Numbered from the stretch's first letter, positions 37,183 to 47,301 are shown. The stretch is 64,000 nt of DNA from Candidatus Omnitrophota bacterium (GCA_016935525.1 JAFGQU010000023.1:64897-128896), one strand, 5' to 3'. A program made the numbers and translations. Notes: generated by a model from the sequence alone, not told the origin.

Positions 37183-37716
37183 TTACTCGCTACTTGTTCC
37201 TAGCCGTTCGTAGATATCGTTTCCCTGGGTGTCGATCGCCACGATAAGCGGAAATTTTTCGACTTCGAATTCAAACACCGCTTCAGCCCCCAGATCACCG
37301 AAGGCGATAAGTCTATATGATGTAATACGGTTTCGCAGATATGCCGCGCACCCGGCATGAGTCACAAAGTAGACTCTTTTATATTCTTTACATAACTGGC
37401 GCATTGCCGGCTCGCGCTGTCCTTTACCGATCGTCGCGGCGACACCTTGAATGTACATGGCTTTCATATACACATCCATCCGGCTTGCCGTAGTAGGCCC
37501 GCACGCGCCCAGAGTATCCCCTTTTATATTCGGGCCGCAATAATAAATAATCTTATTTTTCAAATCTAAAGGAAGCGCCTGGGTACGACCGAGGAGCTCG
37601 ATAAACCGTTGATGCGCCCGGTCACGTGCCGTATAGACCGTCCCGTTCAAAAGCACCACCTGCCCCGCCTTAAGACTAATTAAATCTTTTTCCGATAACG
37701 GTGTCTTTAATTCCAT
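37183..37716 (-). CDS. Fe-S hydro-lyase (fumarate hydratase/tartrate dehydratase) beta subunit
   Basis: TARDRAH, YYCGP, GPTTASRM, IGKG, DLGAEA. Confidence 0.92.
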   Translation of the reverse strand: MELKTPLSEKDLISLKAGQVVLLNGTVYTARDRAHQRFIELLGRTQALPLDLKNKIIYYCGPNIKGDTLGACGPTTASRMDVYMKAMYIQGVAATIGKGQREPAMRQLCKEYKRVYFVTHAGCAAYLRNRITSYRLIAFGDLGAEAVFEFEVEKFPLIVAIDTQGNDIYERLGTSSE

Positions 37717-37730
37717 ATTCTATTCCTTAT

Positions 37731-37853
37731 ATAGAAATACAGTTGAAATACGATGGAAATATGTCCCTGAAGAGACGAAATACATTGTAAAAACAATTGC
37801 ATTTCATGAGCGATAGCGAGTATATTTCGCGAAGCATATTTCTATATATTTCA
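37731..37853. repeat. GAAATA/TATTTC periodic hairpin insert
   Basis: Four GAAATA units, then four (T/C)ATTTC units; 21 bp shared with 57069-57089. Confidence 0.75.
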
Positions 37854-38678
37854 AAAATCCCTGATTGTGGCACTCGCGCTGCGTAACGCGTGACAACTTA
37901 TATTTACCCCGACGGGAAGCCCGGCGATATGAGTAGGCGCTGTCTTTATTTTTACCGCAAGACAGGTATATTTCCCGCCTAATCCCATCGGCCCAATATG
38001 CAACGCGTTGATCTTTTCATAAAGCGATGTTTCCCATTTTCCGGCCGATGTATCGCGCGCCGGCCGGTCTATCCGGCCGATTAACGCTTCTTTCGCCAAA
38101 AGCAGACACGAATCGGATGTGCCGCCTATACCCACCCCCACGACATAAGGAGGACATGCGTCGCATCCGGCTTTTCTTACCGCTTCAACGATGAATTCGT
38201 CGATACTTTCTCTGGATACGGTCGGATTGAACATCTTCAGTTGAGATTTATTTTCCGAACCGAACCCTTTAGGGAAAACGGTAATGGTAAAGCCTTTCTT
38301 CCTGGTAAACCCTATATGAGTTATATAAGGGCTATAAGAAAGATGCCGGTCCGAATCGATAGTCGAAGCACGGAAGCCATATTCGGCATACCCCTGATCG
38401 ATCCCTTCCTGGATAGCGTCGATGAGCGCGCGGCTTATTTTCACATCAGCTCCGGCCTCTAAGAAAACTATCGGCAATCCTGTATCCTGACACAACGCGA
38501 TACGCCGCGCGCGGGCGATACGGGCATTCTCAAGAATAACGCCTAAAGCCTCTTGCGCCTGCCGGTTATCTTCATCCTGATAGGCGGTCCGGAGCAGTCC
38601 GGCCACATCTTTACGTAATTCGGTATTGGCTTTTACTACGAGTTTTTTTACCGTACTGACGATTTTTTTCCTGTTCAT
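37851..38678 (-). CDS. Fe-S hydro-lyase (fumarate hydratase/tartrate dehydratase) alpha subunit
   Basis: LCQDTG, PKGFGSEN, ACPP, GPMGLGG, PTHIAGLPV, CHA. Confidence 0.92.
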   Translation of the reverse strand: MNRKKIVSTVKKLVVKANTELRKDVAGLLRTAYQDEDNRQAQEALGVILENARIARARRIALCQDTGLPIVFLEAGADVKISRALIDAIQEGIDQGYAEYGFRASTIDSDRHLSYSPYITHIGFTRKKGFTITVFPKGFGSENKSQLKMFNPTVSRESIDEFIVEAVRKAGCDACPPYVVGVGIGGTSDSCLLLAKEALIGRIDRPARDTSAGKWETSLYEKINALHIGPMGLGGKYTCLAVKIKTAPTHIAGLPVGVNISCHALRSASATIRDF

Positions 38679-39346
38679 CTTATTTTTAAAAATTTGTGGA
38701 TCTGCGGCACTACCCGTGCATCGATGTTTTGTCCTGAAAGATATTCCGCATACATCAAAATATGAGCTACCAGTTTTTTATTCATAGATGAGAAATCCGG
38801 CTGCAGATAGACCGTATATTTATTCTTGTCCTTCATAAAGCGCGCGATACGTTTTATTTCGGAAAATACGGTATTCGGCGTAATGACTACTTTAAAAAAA
38901 ACTTCTTTCCTTTTCGCGATCGAAAAAAACTCTTCATGTTTCGGCCATAACGATCTTTTCTTTAATGCCGAAGGTAATTTAAGATCACACGAGATCACAT
39001 CACACCACCGGACGACCTTTTTAAGTGCCGCAGGACGCGTGGAGTTCGTCTCAAGGTATACCTTGAATTTATGCGGCGCGATATACGGCAGAAACTTTTC
39101 CAGAAACGTCACCTGACAAAGAGGTTCCCCGCCGGTCAAAGAAAGCCATCCGGTCCGGTACCGCGGCGAACGTATCTCCTCAGTCAACCGTTCGACGCCA
39201 TATTGGACATACCGGGTGATCTTCGTATCGCAATAACTGCAATACAAGTTGCACCCGTAAAACCTGACAAAAGTCTGTAGTACTCCCGCGTATTTCCCTT
39301 CACCTTGAATACTTTTGAAAATGCGGGTTACTTTTGCTTTGTTCAT
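38675..39346 (-). CDS. queE: 7-carboxy-7-deazaguanine synthase
   Basis: SIQGEG, FVRFYGCNLYCSYCDT, TGGEP, PQIHK; adjacent to queC and queD. Confidence 0.93.
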   Translation of the reverse strand: MNKAKVTRIFKSIQGEGKYAGVLQTFVRFYGCNLYCSYCDTKITRYVQYGVERLTEEIRSPRYRTGWLSLTGGEPLCQVTFLEKFLPYIAPHKFKVYLETNSTRPAALKKVVRWCDVISCDLKLPSALKKRSLWPKHEEFFSIAKRKEVFFKVVITPNTVFSEIKRIARFMKDKNKYTVYLQPDFSSMNKKLVAHILMYAEYLSGQNIDARVVPQIHKFLKIR

Positions 39347-39351
39347 GCCGT

Positions 39352-39496
39352 AAAAAATGAAAAATTAAATACTAAAAAATAAAAATACTGATTAAGAAAA
39401 TAGTCAACTCTGTCGTGGAGTATTTTTAATATTTCTTTTTTCATCTTTCATTTTACTGCGGGATTGGTCGCCCCCTCTTCCCTTTCCCCGCAGTAA
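39352..39496. repeat. AAAAAT/ATTTTT periodic insert plus a GC hairpin overlapping the queC 3' end
   Basis: AAAAATG AAAAATT AAATACT AAAAAAT AAAAATA arm with a complementary T-rich arm; TTACTGCGGG...CCCGCAGTAA stem. Confidence 0.6.
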
Positions 39497-40165
39497 TGGA
39501 TCGGTCATATTCAACCGGCGAAACGCTTCGAGACGAAACCGGCAGCTATCGCAACGCAGGCAGGGTTCTTTTCCCCCCAGATAACACGACCAGGTCTCTT
39601 CAAACGGTACCCCCAGGCTCAACCCCAGCTTAATGATGTCTTTCTTACCTTTATCAAGAAGCGGAGCAATAATACGTAACCCTTTTTTTTGTATACCTTT
39701 ATTTACGGCAAATTCGAAACTATTCAAGAATTCACCCCGGCAATCGGGATAATCGGAATAATCATGCACGTGCGCCCCGATAAAGATAGCGTCGGCACCA
39801 ATACTTTCGGCAAAAGATACCGCATAACTTAAAAAAATGATATTCCGCCCGGGCACGTAGGTAGACGGGACTTTCTTATCACGAAGATTACGGTCAAAGG
39901 GGACTTTTTTATCTTTCCGGGTAAGGCTGGAAGGAGCCCACTCAAGAGTCACCTTGACGACTTCATAAGGGATCTTATTCAACCGGGCGATCCGTTTTGC
40001 CGATTCTATTTCACGGTAATGCCGCTGATGATAATCGAAAATAAGCGCGGTCAGATGATACCCGTATTTTTTCGCAAGGTAAAGAGTCACTGCCGAATCG
40101 ATCCCTCCCGATAAAAGGACTATACCCCCCGGGCGGTCTTTTTTTACTCGTGATAAGTCGCGCAT
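39404..40165 (-). CDS. queC: 7-cyano-7-deazaguanine synthase
   Basis: LLSGGIDS, TYVPGRN, YPDCR, TWSCY, C..CDSC; start uncertain. Confidence 0.95.
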   Translation of the reverse strand: MRDLSRVKKDRPGGIVLLSGGIDSAVTLYLAKKYGYHLTALIFDYHQRHYREIESAKRIARLNKIPYEVVKVTLEWAPSSLTRKDKKVPFDRNLRDKKVPSTYVPGRNIIFLSYAVSFAESIGADAIFIGAHVHDYSDYPDCRGEFLNSFEFAVNKGIQKKGLRIIAPLLDKGKKDIIKLGLSLGVPFEETWSCYLGGKEPCLRCDSCRFRLEAFRRLNMTDPLLRGKGRGGDQSRSKMKDEKRNIKNTPRQS

Positions 40166-40509
40166 GACGTATCTTTCTCCCACACCTTTATTTCATCCAA
40201 CCGGCAATGCCGGGGTATCTTAGTCTTGATATTCGTAAAAAGGAAATAAGCGATATGTTCAGAAGTAGGATTATGTGTTTTAAAGTAGTCGTGCTCGTTT
40301 AGGAGACGATGGTCAAACTCTTCGATCAGTTCATTAAGGATCTTCTTTAAATCGCCGAAATCCATCACGAGCCCGAGAGAATCAAGCTCCCCGGCACTAA
40401 CCGTGACCTGGACGCGCCAGTTATGGCCATGGAGCGACTCGCATTTACCCTTATATTCTCTTAAGAAATGCGCGCCGCTGAAAGAAGAACTCACACTCAC
40501 TTTATACAT
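40144..40509 (-). CDS. queD: 6-carboxytetrahydropterin synthase
   Basis: FSGAHFL, KCESLHGHNW, DH..LN, NPTSE, VWE. Confidence 0.95.
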   Translation of the reverse strand: MYKVSVSSSFSGAHFLREYKGKCESLHGHNWRVQVTVSAGELDSLGLVMDFGDLKKILNELIEEFDHRLLNEHDYFKTHNPTSEHIAYFLFTNIKTKIPRHCRLDEIKVWEKDTSCATYHE

Positions 40510-41320
40510 TGATCACCTTCGGTTTTCCGGTCGTTTTATTTAAAAACAGCCTCGCCAGCTTCATAAATCCCGCCGGTTCGTCACTTACAAAAAATTCTCG
40601 CCGGCCGCGGCGGCCCGGATTAAGCAGTCCTGAATGCCGCAAAACGCCACGGACTTTGACCGCGACCTCATAGGCGGAATTGATAAGATGCACATCTTTA
40701 AGATATGAGGCAATGATTTTTTTCAAAAGCGGGTAATGAGTACACCCCAATATTAAGGTATCTATTCCGCCTTTAAATCCTTTTAAATAATACCTGGCGA
40801 TATCTTCGGTGATCGGACCCGAAAGCATCGCTTCTTCGACCAGCGGGACAAATAACGGGCAGGCTTTTACACAAACTCTTGCCCGGGAGTCTTTTTGAAG
40901 GATTTTCTTCTGATACACACCGCTTTTGATAGTAGATTTTGTCCCGATAACTCCTATCCGTCTACCGGGAGATACTTCCACGGCTTTTTCTACTGCCGGA
41001 TCGATCACTCCCACTATCGGCACGCTAAAGGTCTTCTGCAGAAAATCAAGGGCAAGGCTGGAAGAAGTATTACAGGCGACGACTACCAGTTTTACTTTAT
41101 TCTCTAGAAGGAACAATACGTTTTCCGTACTGAACCTGACCACGGTCTTGGGCGATTTATTCCCGTAAGGGACCCTTGCGGTATCTCCCATATACACGAT
41201 ATGTTCACCGGGCAAGAGGCGTTCGATTTCTTTAAATACGGTGAGACCCCCTACCCCGGAATCAAAAATACCGATCGGGCTTTGCGGGGAATATCTTTTA
41301 TTTTTCGCTGATTTTCGCAT
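40502..41320 (-). CDS. murI: Glutamate racemase
   Basis: IFDSGVGGLTV, VACNTSS, LGCTHYP. Confidence 0.96.
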   Translation of the reverse strand: MRKSAKNKRYSPQSPIGIFDSGVGGLTVFKEIERLLPGEHIVYMGDTARVPYGNKSPKTVVRFSTENVLFLLENKVKLVVVACNTSSSLALDFLQKTFSVPIVGVIDPAVEKAVEVSPGRRIGVIGTKSTIKSGVYQKKILQKDSRARVCVKACPLFVPLVEEAMLSGPITEDIARYYLKGFKGGIDTLILGCTHYPLLKKIIASYLKDVHLINSAYEVAVKVRGVLRHSGLLNPGRRGRREFFVSDEPAGFMKLARLFLNKTTGKPKVINV

Positions 41321-42326
41321 AACGGGAATTAAATTGTTTTACACCCAGGGCGACTGCCTGGGATATCTGTTTACGGTATTGAGCGCTGCGTAATAATTTT
41401 TCCTCATAATAGTTGCTTAAATATGCCGTCTCCAACAGCACACTGGGCACGGAGGCATATTTTAACACATAAAACGGCGCGCCTCGAGCCTGCTTCACTT
41501 TAAATCCCAACCGCTTGAACATATTTACGAGTACATTAGCGTATTCTACCGAAAGAGCGTTATTTTCCGTAGAGATCAGGTCCCAGAGAATAGCTTTTGT
41601 CCTTTGAGAGAATTCACCGCTGAAATCCAAAGAAGCATTTTCGGTGAGCGCGACTACTTTTGCCTCATCATCGAAATATTTCGGCGCAAGATAATATACT
41701 TCCACGCCGTTTACCTTACGGTTCTTGTTGGAATTAGCATGGATACTGATAAAGAGATCGGCTTTTTTTATACTGGCAACCTGTACCCGCTGGCGTAACG
41801 AGAGATAGACGTCGGTTGAACGGGTAAGATATACCGTAAACCCCATCTCCTGCAATTCTTCCTGTAAGATTTTCGCGACAGCGAGATTTACGTCTTTCTC
41901 TTTTAATCCCTGCCGCGATATCGCTCCCGGATCTTTCCCTCCGTGACCGGGGTCGATCACGATAGTCTTGATCTGCATGATCGGCAATTCGCGCCGAGGA
42001 GTTTTCTTGCTGATTATTTCAACGAGCCCGGCGGGCACGTAGATCTTCCCATCCTTATAATAAGGAGCCTCATCGAGATAGAAAGTCGTCCCGTTAAAAT
42101 AGACGATCAAAGAATTCAAAAGCAGGCGTATTTCATGTTTTTCCGAACCCAGACGGACGATATCGTCGATCGTATCGAAAGAATATTTCATCCCGTACTG
42201 TGTACAGAATTTTTTTATTTCAACGAACTGCGATGCCGCCGGCGGCTCCTTATAGGTTTTTAAAGTAGAAGTCGTACCACAGCCGGCGGTAAAGATAAGG
42301 GCGCATATGACAAGGATTCTTTTCAT
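41298..42326 (-). CDS. N-acetylmuramoyl-L-alanine amidase (Amidase_3), lipoprotein
   Basis: Lipobox TAGC; IDPGHGGKDPGA, EKDVNL, FISIHAN, VLLETAY. Confidence 0.93.
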   Translation of the reverse strand: MKRILVICALIFTAGCGTTSTLKTYKEPPAASQFVEIKKFCTQYGMKYSFDTIDDIVRLGSEKHEIRLLLNSLIVYFNGTTFYLDEAPYYKDGKIYVPAGLVEIISKKTPRRELPIMQIKTIVIDPGHGGKDPGAISRQGLKEKDVNLAVAKILQEELQEMGFTVYLTRSTDVYLSLRQRVQVASIKKADLFISIHANSNKNRKVNGVEVYYLAPKYFDDEAKVVALTENASLDFSGEFSQRTKAILWDLISTENNALSVEYANVLVNMFKRLGFKVKQARGAPFYVLKYASVPSVLLETAYLSNYYEEKLLRSAQYRKQISQAVALGVKQFNSRYAKISEK

Positions 42327-43666
42327 AACCGCAAAATATATTGAGCGATCTCAAAGTAGACAAAGATACCCACGACATCGACGATGGTAGTAATAAGCGG
42401 GCCGCTCATCAATGCAGGATCTAACCGCAGTTTTCTAAAGACAATCGGTAAAGTCGCGCCGATAATCGCCGAAAACATAATGGTAAATCCCATAGAAACC
42501 CCTACGGAAATACTTAATAGCCAGTTGTTTTGCTGCAGGACTACCCGCACCAGCCCCACTACCGCCAGGATCGCGCCGATACAAAACCCCATGAGCGATT
42601 CACGGAGTATCACTTTAAAGAAATCCTTCACTTTGATATCGCCGACCGCAAGTCCTCTGATGACCATCATCGCCGACTGCATCCCGGCATTCCCGCCGGT
42701 CGCGACCAGAATGGGCAGGAAAAAAGTCAGCGCGATCCAGTTCTGGATCACCCCGCCGTATTTCTGTAATACCAGGCTCGAAGCTGATTCAAGCACGGTA
42801 AGCACGATCAACCAGAAACTTCTCTTCCATAACAGGTCAAGAAAACCCGCCTCCATATACGGGCGTTCGACCGGCAACATCGCCGCGATACGTTCGAAAT
42901 CTTCGGTCGCCTCTTCTTCCAGGATATCGACGAAATCGTCAAACGTGACGATCCCGAGCAGTTTATTATCGTTATCGACCACAGGGAGAGCGATCACGTC
43001 GTATTTTTTAAAAATATTAGCGGCTTCTTCTTTATCGGCGTATACGTTCACTTTCACCACATCGGTATACATGATCTCGGATATCGGGGTCTCAGGTTGA
43101 GCCAATACGATCTTTTTAAGAGAGACGATCCCGATTAAACATTTTTGACGGTCAAGGACATAACAATGGTATATAGTCTCCTTTTTCATCCCCACGCTGC
43201 GTAACTGTTCCAATGCTTCTTTTACCGTCATGTCCGCATAGAGCTGGACATAATCCGGAGTGATCAGGCGGCCGATGGAATCTTCGGGATAATTGAGCAG
43301 TTCCAGAGCGATCTTGCGTTCCTCTATCGATAATACGTTGATGAACCGTTTTACGATCTCGGCAGGCATTTCTTCAAAAAGCTCGGTCCGGTCATCAGGA
43401 GACATCTCATTCAATATGATCTTCACTTCCTGGATGGGAAGAGATTGAAGCATTTCTTCTTCTTCTTCGATAGGAAGATATTCAAATACTTCTACCGCTT
43501 TACTGGAAGAGATGAGGCGGAAGATGAATAATTTATACGCCGATTTGGAAAATCCGCTGATAAGACGGGCAAGATCTTCAGGATGCTGAGGAAGCATCCT
43601 TTTGATCTCGGCAAACCTCTTTTCGGCAATCAACTCCTCTATGTGGGTACCCAGTTCTTGCAACAT
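42323..43666 (-). CDS. mgtE: Magnesium transporter MgtE
   Basis: CBS pair, GGNAGMQS, DPALMSGPLITTIVD. Confidence 0.95.
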   Translation of the reverse strand: MLQELGTHIEELIAEKRFAEIKRMLPQHPEDLARLISGFSKSAYKLFIFRLISSSKAVEVFEYLPIEEEEEMLQSLPIQEVKIILNEMSPDDRTELFEEMPAEIVKRFINVLSIEERKIALELLNYPEDSIGRLITPDYVQLYADMTVKEALEQLRSVGMKKETIYHCYVLDRQKCLIGIVSLKKIVLAQPETPISEIMYTDVVKVNVYADKEEAANIFKKYDVIALPVVDNDNKLLGIVTFDDFVDILEEEATEDFERIAAMLPVERPYMEAGFLDLLWKRSFWLIVLTVLESASSLVLQKYGGVIQNWIALTFFLPILVATGGNAGMQSAMMVIRGLAVGDIKVKDFFKVILRESLMGFCIGAILAVVGLVRVVLQQNNWLLSISVGVSMGFTIMFSAIIGATLPIVFRKLRLDPALMSGPLITTIVDVVGIFVYFEIAQYILRL

Positions 43667-43734
43667 ATTCCACTAGTTTAGAGGAATAAGCTATACCTGT
43701 CAAGATAAGCATTAACCCGCTCTTTAGGAATAAG

Positions 43735-45141
43735 TTAGATCGAAAAATATACGGCGTGATCTTTTATGGTGTGATAGGTAGCAAGGCTTATCCGGCGCAA
43801 TGTATCGATATTATCGCGCAGATATTCCGAAGGTACCCCGGCGGCGGTTTCCCGATACCGCTCCAGCCCGAGGATCACATAGAGGGTAGTCGTATCCCGG
43901 GATGCCGCCTGGTAGGAATGGTGGTTCCAATCACTGCCCAGAAATATAAGAAGCAGTTTATCGGGGAAAGCTTCAGTTATTTTATTACGCAGGTGTTCAA
44001 CAATATGTTTGGGGGGGGCACAATACAATACGACTTCTATAAAAGATTGTTCCGGCATGAGCCGGTCGGCGATCGCTTTGATGAGCCGCGTGAGATCTAC
44101 TTTTTCCGGAACCGCCGGCGGTTTATCCTGTAATTGGCGCATCATCTTTTTATATGTCTCTACGCAAGGCTGGTTCACGAAATTGATGCCTTTGAGATAC
44201 GCGAAACATCCCACAAATACCTGCAAAAAATGCATGAGCAGCATCAGGTATAGGAAAGGGTCCTTATCGGGCGCGTCCAGCGCGACCGGCAAAAATCCTT
44301 CCTGAGTATACGTCTCTACTACCGTCTTTACGGAAAACCCTTCTTTTTTTGAACCGAGGCTTTCCTGAATAAGCTGGGTCACCCAGGTGGCAAACGCGTT
44401 TTTGATCTTTTGGGAGACAACGATCGAAAAAAAGGCCGGATCTTCGTTACGATATGTATCAGCCAGTTCATACGCTTTCGGCAGTATCCGGTTACGGGCC
44501 TGAACGTATTCACTGAAAAGCTGTTTGATCTTCGAGATATTCCGGTCATACATGATCAAAAGCGGTAAAAGAAAAATAAGGGTATGCGGGCAGGTAAATC
44601 TCCCTCCGACATCGGAGGAGCCGTCGACCTGGATGGTGCGTTTCACTGAGCCCTGCCAACCGGAACTGTCGAGTTTTACAAACGCTTCTTTATCCGACAA
44701 CCAGAGAAAATTTTTCCGCCAGGTATCACCAAACCAGGCTTGGAGAGTTTTCGCCAACAGTTGGGTTTCGGCGGTCGAACCTGATTTAGAAATCGGGACC
44801 ACTAACGTTTTTTCTTTATTTTTTATTTTTTCTAAAATAGCATCCAGAGCCTGGGGATCTAGACTGTCAATACAATGGATAGGGGCATCTTCGCCCAGTG
44901 AGGCCAGAGTCTTAATACCGTTTCCCGAACCGCCGATACCGACAAAAATAAACTCTTCTTTACCTTCGATGAGCCCATTTATATCGAGCAACGTCTCTTC
45001 GATCTTCTCCCAAGCGGGAGGCACTACCCAGCCTAACCGGGGGCTGTCGCCGTCAAACCCTATTTCTCTAAACAGGTTATCCGAAGATATCTCCGTTTTC
45101 GGTTTACCGACAGCCTGTATGAGTTGTTCGATAATATTCAT
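43735..45141 (-). CDS. Divergent glucose-6-phosphate isomerase-like SIS protein
   Basis: GIGGSG, SKSGSTAET, DVGGRF, QLIQESLG.K, NQPCVETYK. Confidence 0.7.
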   Translation of the reverse strand: MNIIEQLIQAVGKPKTEISSDNLFREIGFDGDSPRLGWVVPPAWEKIEETLLDINGLIEGKEEFIFVGIGGSGNGIKTLASLGEDAPIHCIDSLDPQALDAILEKIKNKEKTLVVPISKSGSTAETQLLAKTLQAWFGDTWRKNFLWLSDKEAFVKLDSSGWQGSVKRTIQVDGSSDVGGRFTCPHTLIFLLPLLIMYDRNISKIKQLFSEYVQARNRILPKAYELADTYRNEDPAFFSIVVSQKIKNAFATWVTQLIQESLGSKKEGFSVKTVVETYTQEGFLPVALDAPDKDPFLYLMLLMHFLQVFVGCFAYLKGINFVNQPCVETYKKMMRQLQDKPPAVPEKVDLTRLIKAIADRLMPEQSFIEVVLYCAPPKHIVEHLRNKITEAFPDKLLLIFLGSDWNHHSYQAASRDTTTLYVILGLERYRETAAGVPSEYLRDNIDTLRRISLATYHTIKDHAVYFSI

Positions 45142-45147
45142 TCTTTT

Positions 45148-45311
45148 AATAGTCGTTCGTCGTCAGTCGATAGTATTTAGTCGAAAAAAGAAACTCAAAA
45201 TTCTAAAACTGTTTGGGATTTTGGTAATTGGGATTTTCCCGATCCTTAGCATCTTTATTTAGCGGGATCCCGCCAGAGACGGGAATTTAGGATTTCGTGC
45301 TTCGGATTTAT
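45148..45311. repeat. Chimeric periodic insert (AGTCG arm plus GGATTT arm) with an embedded TCCCG..CGGGA hairpin
   Basis: agtcgtt cgtcgtc agtcgat...; atttagg atttcgt gcttcgg attt. Confidence 0.65.
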
Positions 45312-45317
45312 TTTCAA

Positions 45318-46421
45318 TTAGGTAATCGTTTCTTCGGTATCGGCGTCAAAAAACCGGCCTTTTTCCATATCCAGCACCACGTCGAGATTGGACCCCGGAG
45401 CAGGTTTATTACTGGCGTCAAACACAGCGATAAATTTATGTTTACCGGAAACAAGATACACGAAATTATTCGCTCCCATCGTTTCCAACACATCGCATAC
45501 CGCCGGGATAGTATTGGCTTCAGTCGCGTTTGTCGCGAATAATCTATCGAAAATACATTCCGGCCGGATACCGAAAAATATCTTTTTACCGGCATAAGAG
45601 ACCAATTTATCGTATTTTGACTGGGGTATCTTTACTTTAAAATCTTCCGCGTCAAAATAAAGCGCCCCGTTCTGTTTGTAGAGTTTCCCGTCCATGAAAT
45701 TCATCGGCGGAGAACCGATAAACCCGGCAACGAATTTGTTTGCCGGATGGTCGTATACTTTTAAAGGCTCATCAAACTGCTGTACTTTCCCGTGACGCAT
45801 GACCGCGATCCTATCTCCTAAAGCCATCGCTTCGGTCTGGTCATGAGTAACATAGATCATTGTAGTTTTGATCTTCAGGTGAAGTTTATCGATCTCGGTA
45901 CGCATCTGTACCCGCATCTTCGCGTCAAGGTTACTTAACGGCTCGTCGAATAAAAACACAAGCGGATGCCGCACGATCGCCCTCCCCAGGGCGATACGTT
46001 GACGTTCGCCTCCGGAAAGCTGGCGGGGTTTACGGGTCAATAGGTGAGTAACGCCCAATATCTCGGCAGCTTCTTTTACCCGGGTCTCGATCTCGGATTT
46101 AGTATGTTTTCTCAGCTTTAACGCGAACGCCATATTATCGTACGCGTTCATATGCGGATAAAGCGCGTAATTCTGGAAGACCATGGCGATATTTCTATCT
46201 TTTGCGGGGACTCCGTTGACCAGGCGGTCACCGATCCATATTTCACCGGCGGTCATCTCTTCTAACCCGGCGACCATGCGTAATGTGGTAGATTTACCGC
46301 ATCCGGAAGGGCCGACTAATACGACAAATTCACTTCGTTCGATACCGAGGTTTACGTTATCAACGGCGGAAACCTTGTTCGCATAGATTTTACTAAGGTT
46401 ACGTATACTTACCTGCGCCAT
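45318..46421 (-). CDS. Carbohydrate ABC transporter ATP-binding protein (MalK/UgpC/MsmX family)
   Basis: GPSGCGKST, VFQNYALYPH, LSGGERQR, DEPLSNLD, FVAGFIGSP. Confidence 0.95.
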   Translation of the reverse strand: MAQVSIRNLSKIYANKVSAVDNVNLGIERSEFVVLVGPSGCGKSTTLRMVAGLEEMTAGEIWIGDRLVNGVPAKDRNIAMVFQNYALYPHMNAYDNMAFALKLRKHTKSEIETRVKEAAEILGVTHLLTRKPRQLSGGERQRIALGRAIVRHPLVFLFDEPLSNLDAKMRVQMRTEIDKLHLKIKTTMIYVTHDQTEAMALGDRIAVMRHGKVQQFDEPLKVYDHPANKFVAGFIGSPPMNFMDGKLYKQNGALYFDAEDFKVKIPQSKYDKLVSYAGKKIFFGIRPECIFDRLFATNATEANTIPAVCDVLETMGANNFVYLVSGKHKFIAVFDASNKPAPGSNLDVVLDMEKGRFFDADTEETIT

Positions 46422-46455
46422 ATTCTCTCAATTTTAGAGTTGAAACGGAATCCTG

Positions 46456-47301
46456 TCAAGTCAAATAATCAATGAGGCGGGCTATGGTCTCTTTGAGGTT
46501 CTTTCGCGGCACCACCATATCGATCATTCCGTGTTCTAAATTGAATTCGGAGGTCTGAAATCCTTCCGGTAAATCCTGTTTGATGGTCTGTTTGATCACC
46601 CGCGGCCCGGTAAACCCGATAAGCGCGTGCGGTTCGGCAATGATCACATCGCCTAAACCCGCGAACGAAGCCATCACTCCCGCCATGGTCGGATGAGTGA
46701 GGACCGAGATGAACGGAATATGGTTTTTCTTCAATTCCGATAGCACTCCGCTGGTCTTGGCCATCTGCATCAGGCTCAACATCCCTTCATACATACGCGC
46801 CCCGCCTCCGGAACCGGACACGATCACCAGCGGGATTTTCTCTCCCAAGGCATGTTCGGCGATACGGGTGATCTTCTCGCCCACGACCGACCCCATCGAT
46901 CCCATGATAAACCGGGAATCGGTCACGGTAAGCGCGGCCCGGCGTTTTTGAATAAGAGCTTCTCCGACTATTGCCGCTTCTTTTAAAGAAGTCATGTTCC
47001 GTTCTTCTTCGAGTTTCTGAGGATAAGATTTCGGGCCGGCGAATTTAAGCGGATCCAGCGGTTCAAGGCCGGCATATAATTCCTGAAAACTGTTCTGATC
47101 GGTGAGGAATTCGATCCGTTCCCACGCGGTCAAAGAAAAATGATATTCACATTTAGGGCAGACTTTAAGGTTTTCCTGTAATATCTTATTAAAAATAAAC
47201 TGGCTGCACCGGGGACATTTACTCCATAATCCGTCCGGTATCCCCCGTTTTTTGTTCGCTTTTACGAACTGATATTTAAACGGTTTCTTGAATATTCTCA
47301 A
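46456..47301 (-). CDS. accD: Acetyl-CoA carboxylase carboxyltransferase beta subunit
   Basis: WSKCPRC..CPKC zinc finger, GSMGSVVGEK, GGARMYEG, GFTGPRVI. Confidence 0.95.
   Translation of the reverse strand: MRIFKKPFKYQFVKANKKRGIPDGLWSKCPRCSQFIFNKILQENLKVCPKCEYHFSLTAWERIEFLTDQNSFQELYAGLEPLDPLKFAGPKSYPQKLEEERNMTSLKEAAIVGEALIQKRRAALTVTDSRFIMGSMGSVVGEKITRIAEHALGEKIPLVIVSGSGGGARMYEGMLSLMQMAKTSGVLSELKKNHIPFISVLTHPTMAGVMASFAGLGDVIIAEPHALIGFTGPRVIKQTIKQDLPEGFQTSEFNLEHGMIDMVVPRKNLKETIARLIDYLT

Noticed and set aside
38675-40509. Dpd-type 7-deazaguanine DNA modification system
   Set aside because: queDCE lie in a housekeeping operon with no dpdA/tgt paralog or defence genes; ordinary queuosine precursor synthesis suffices
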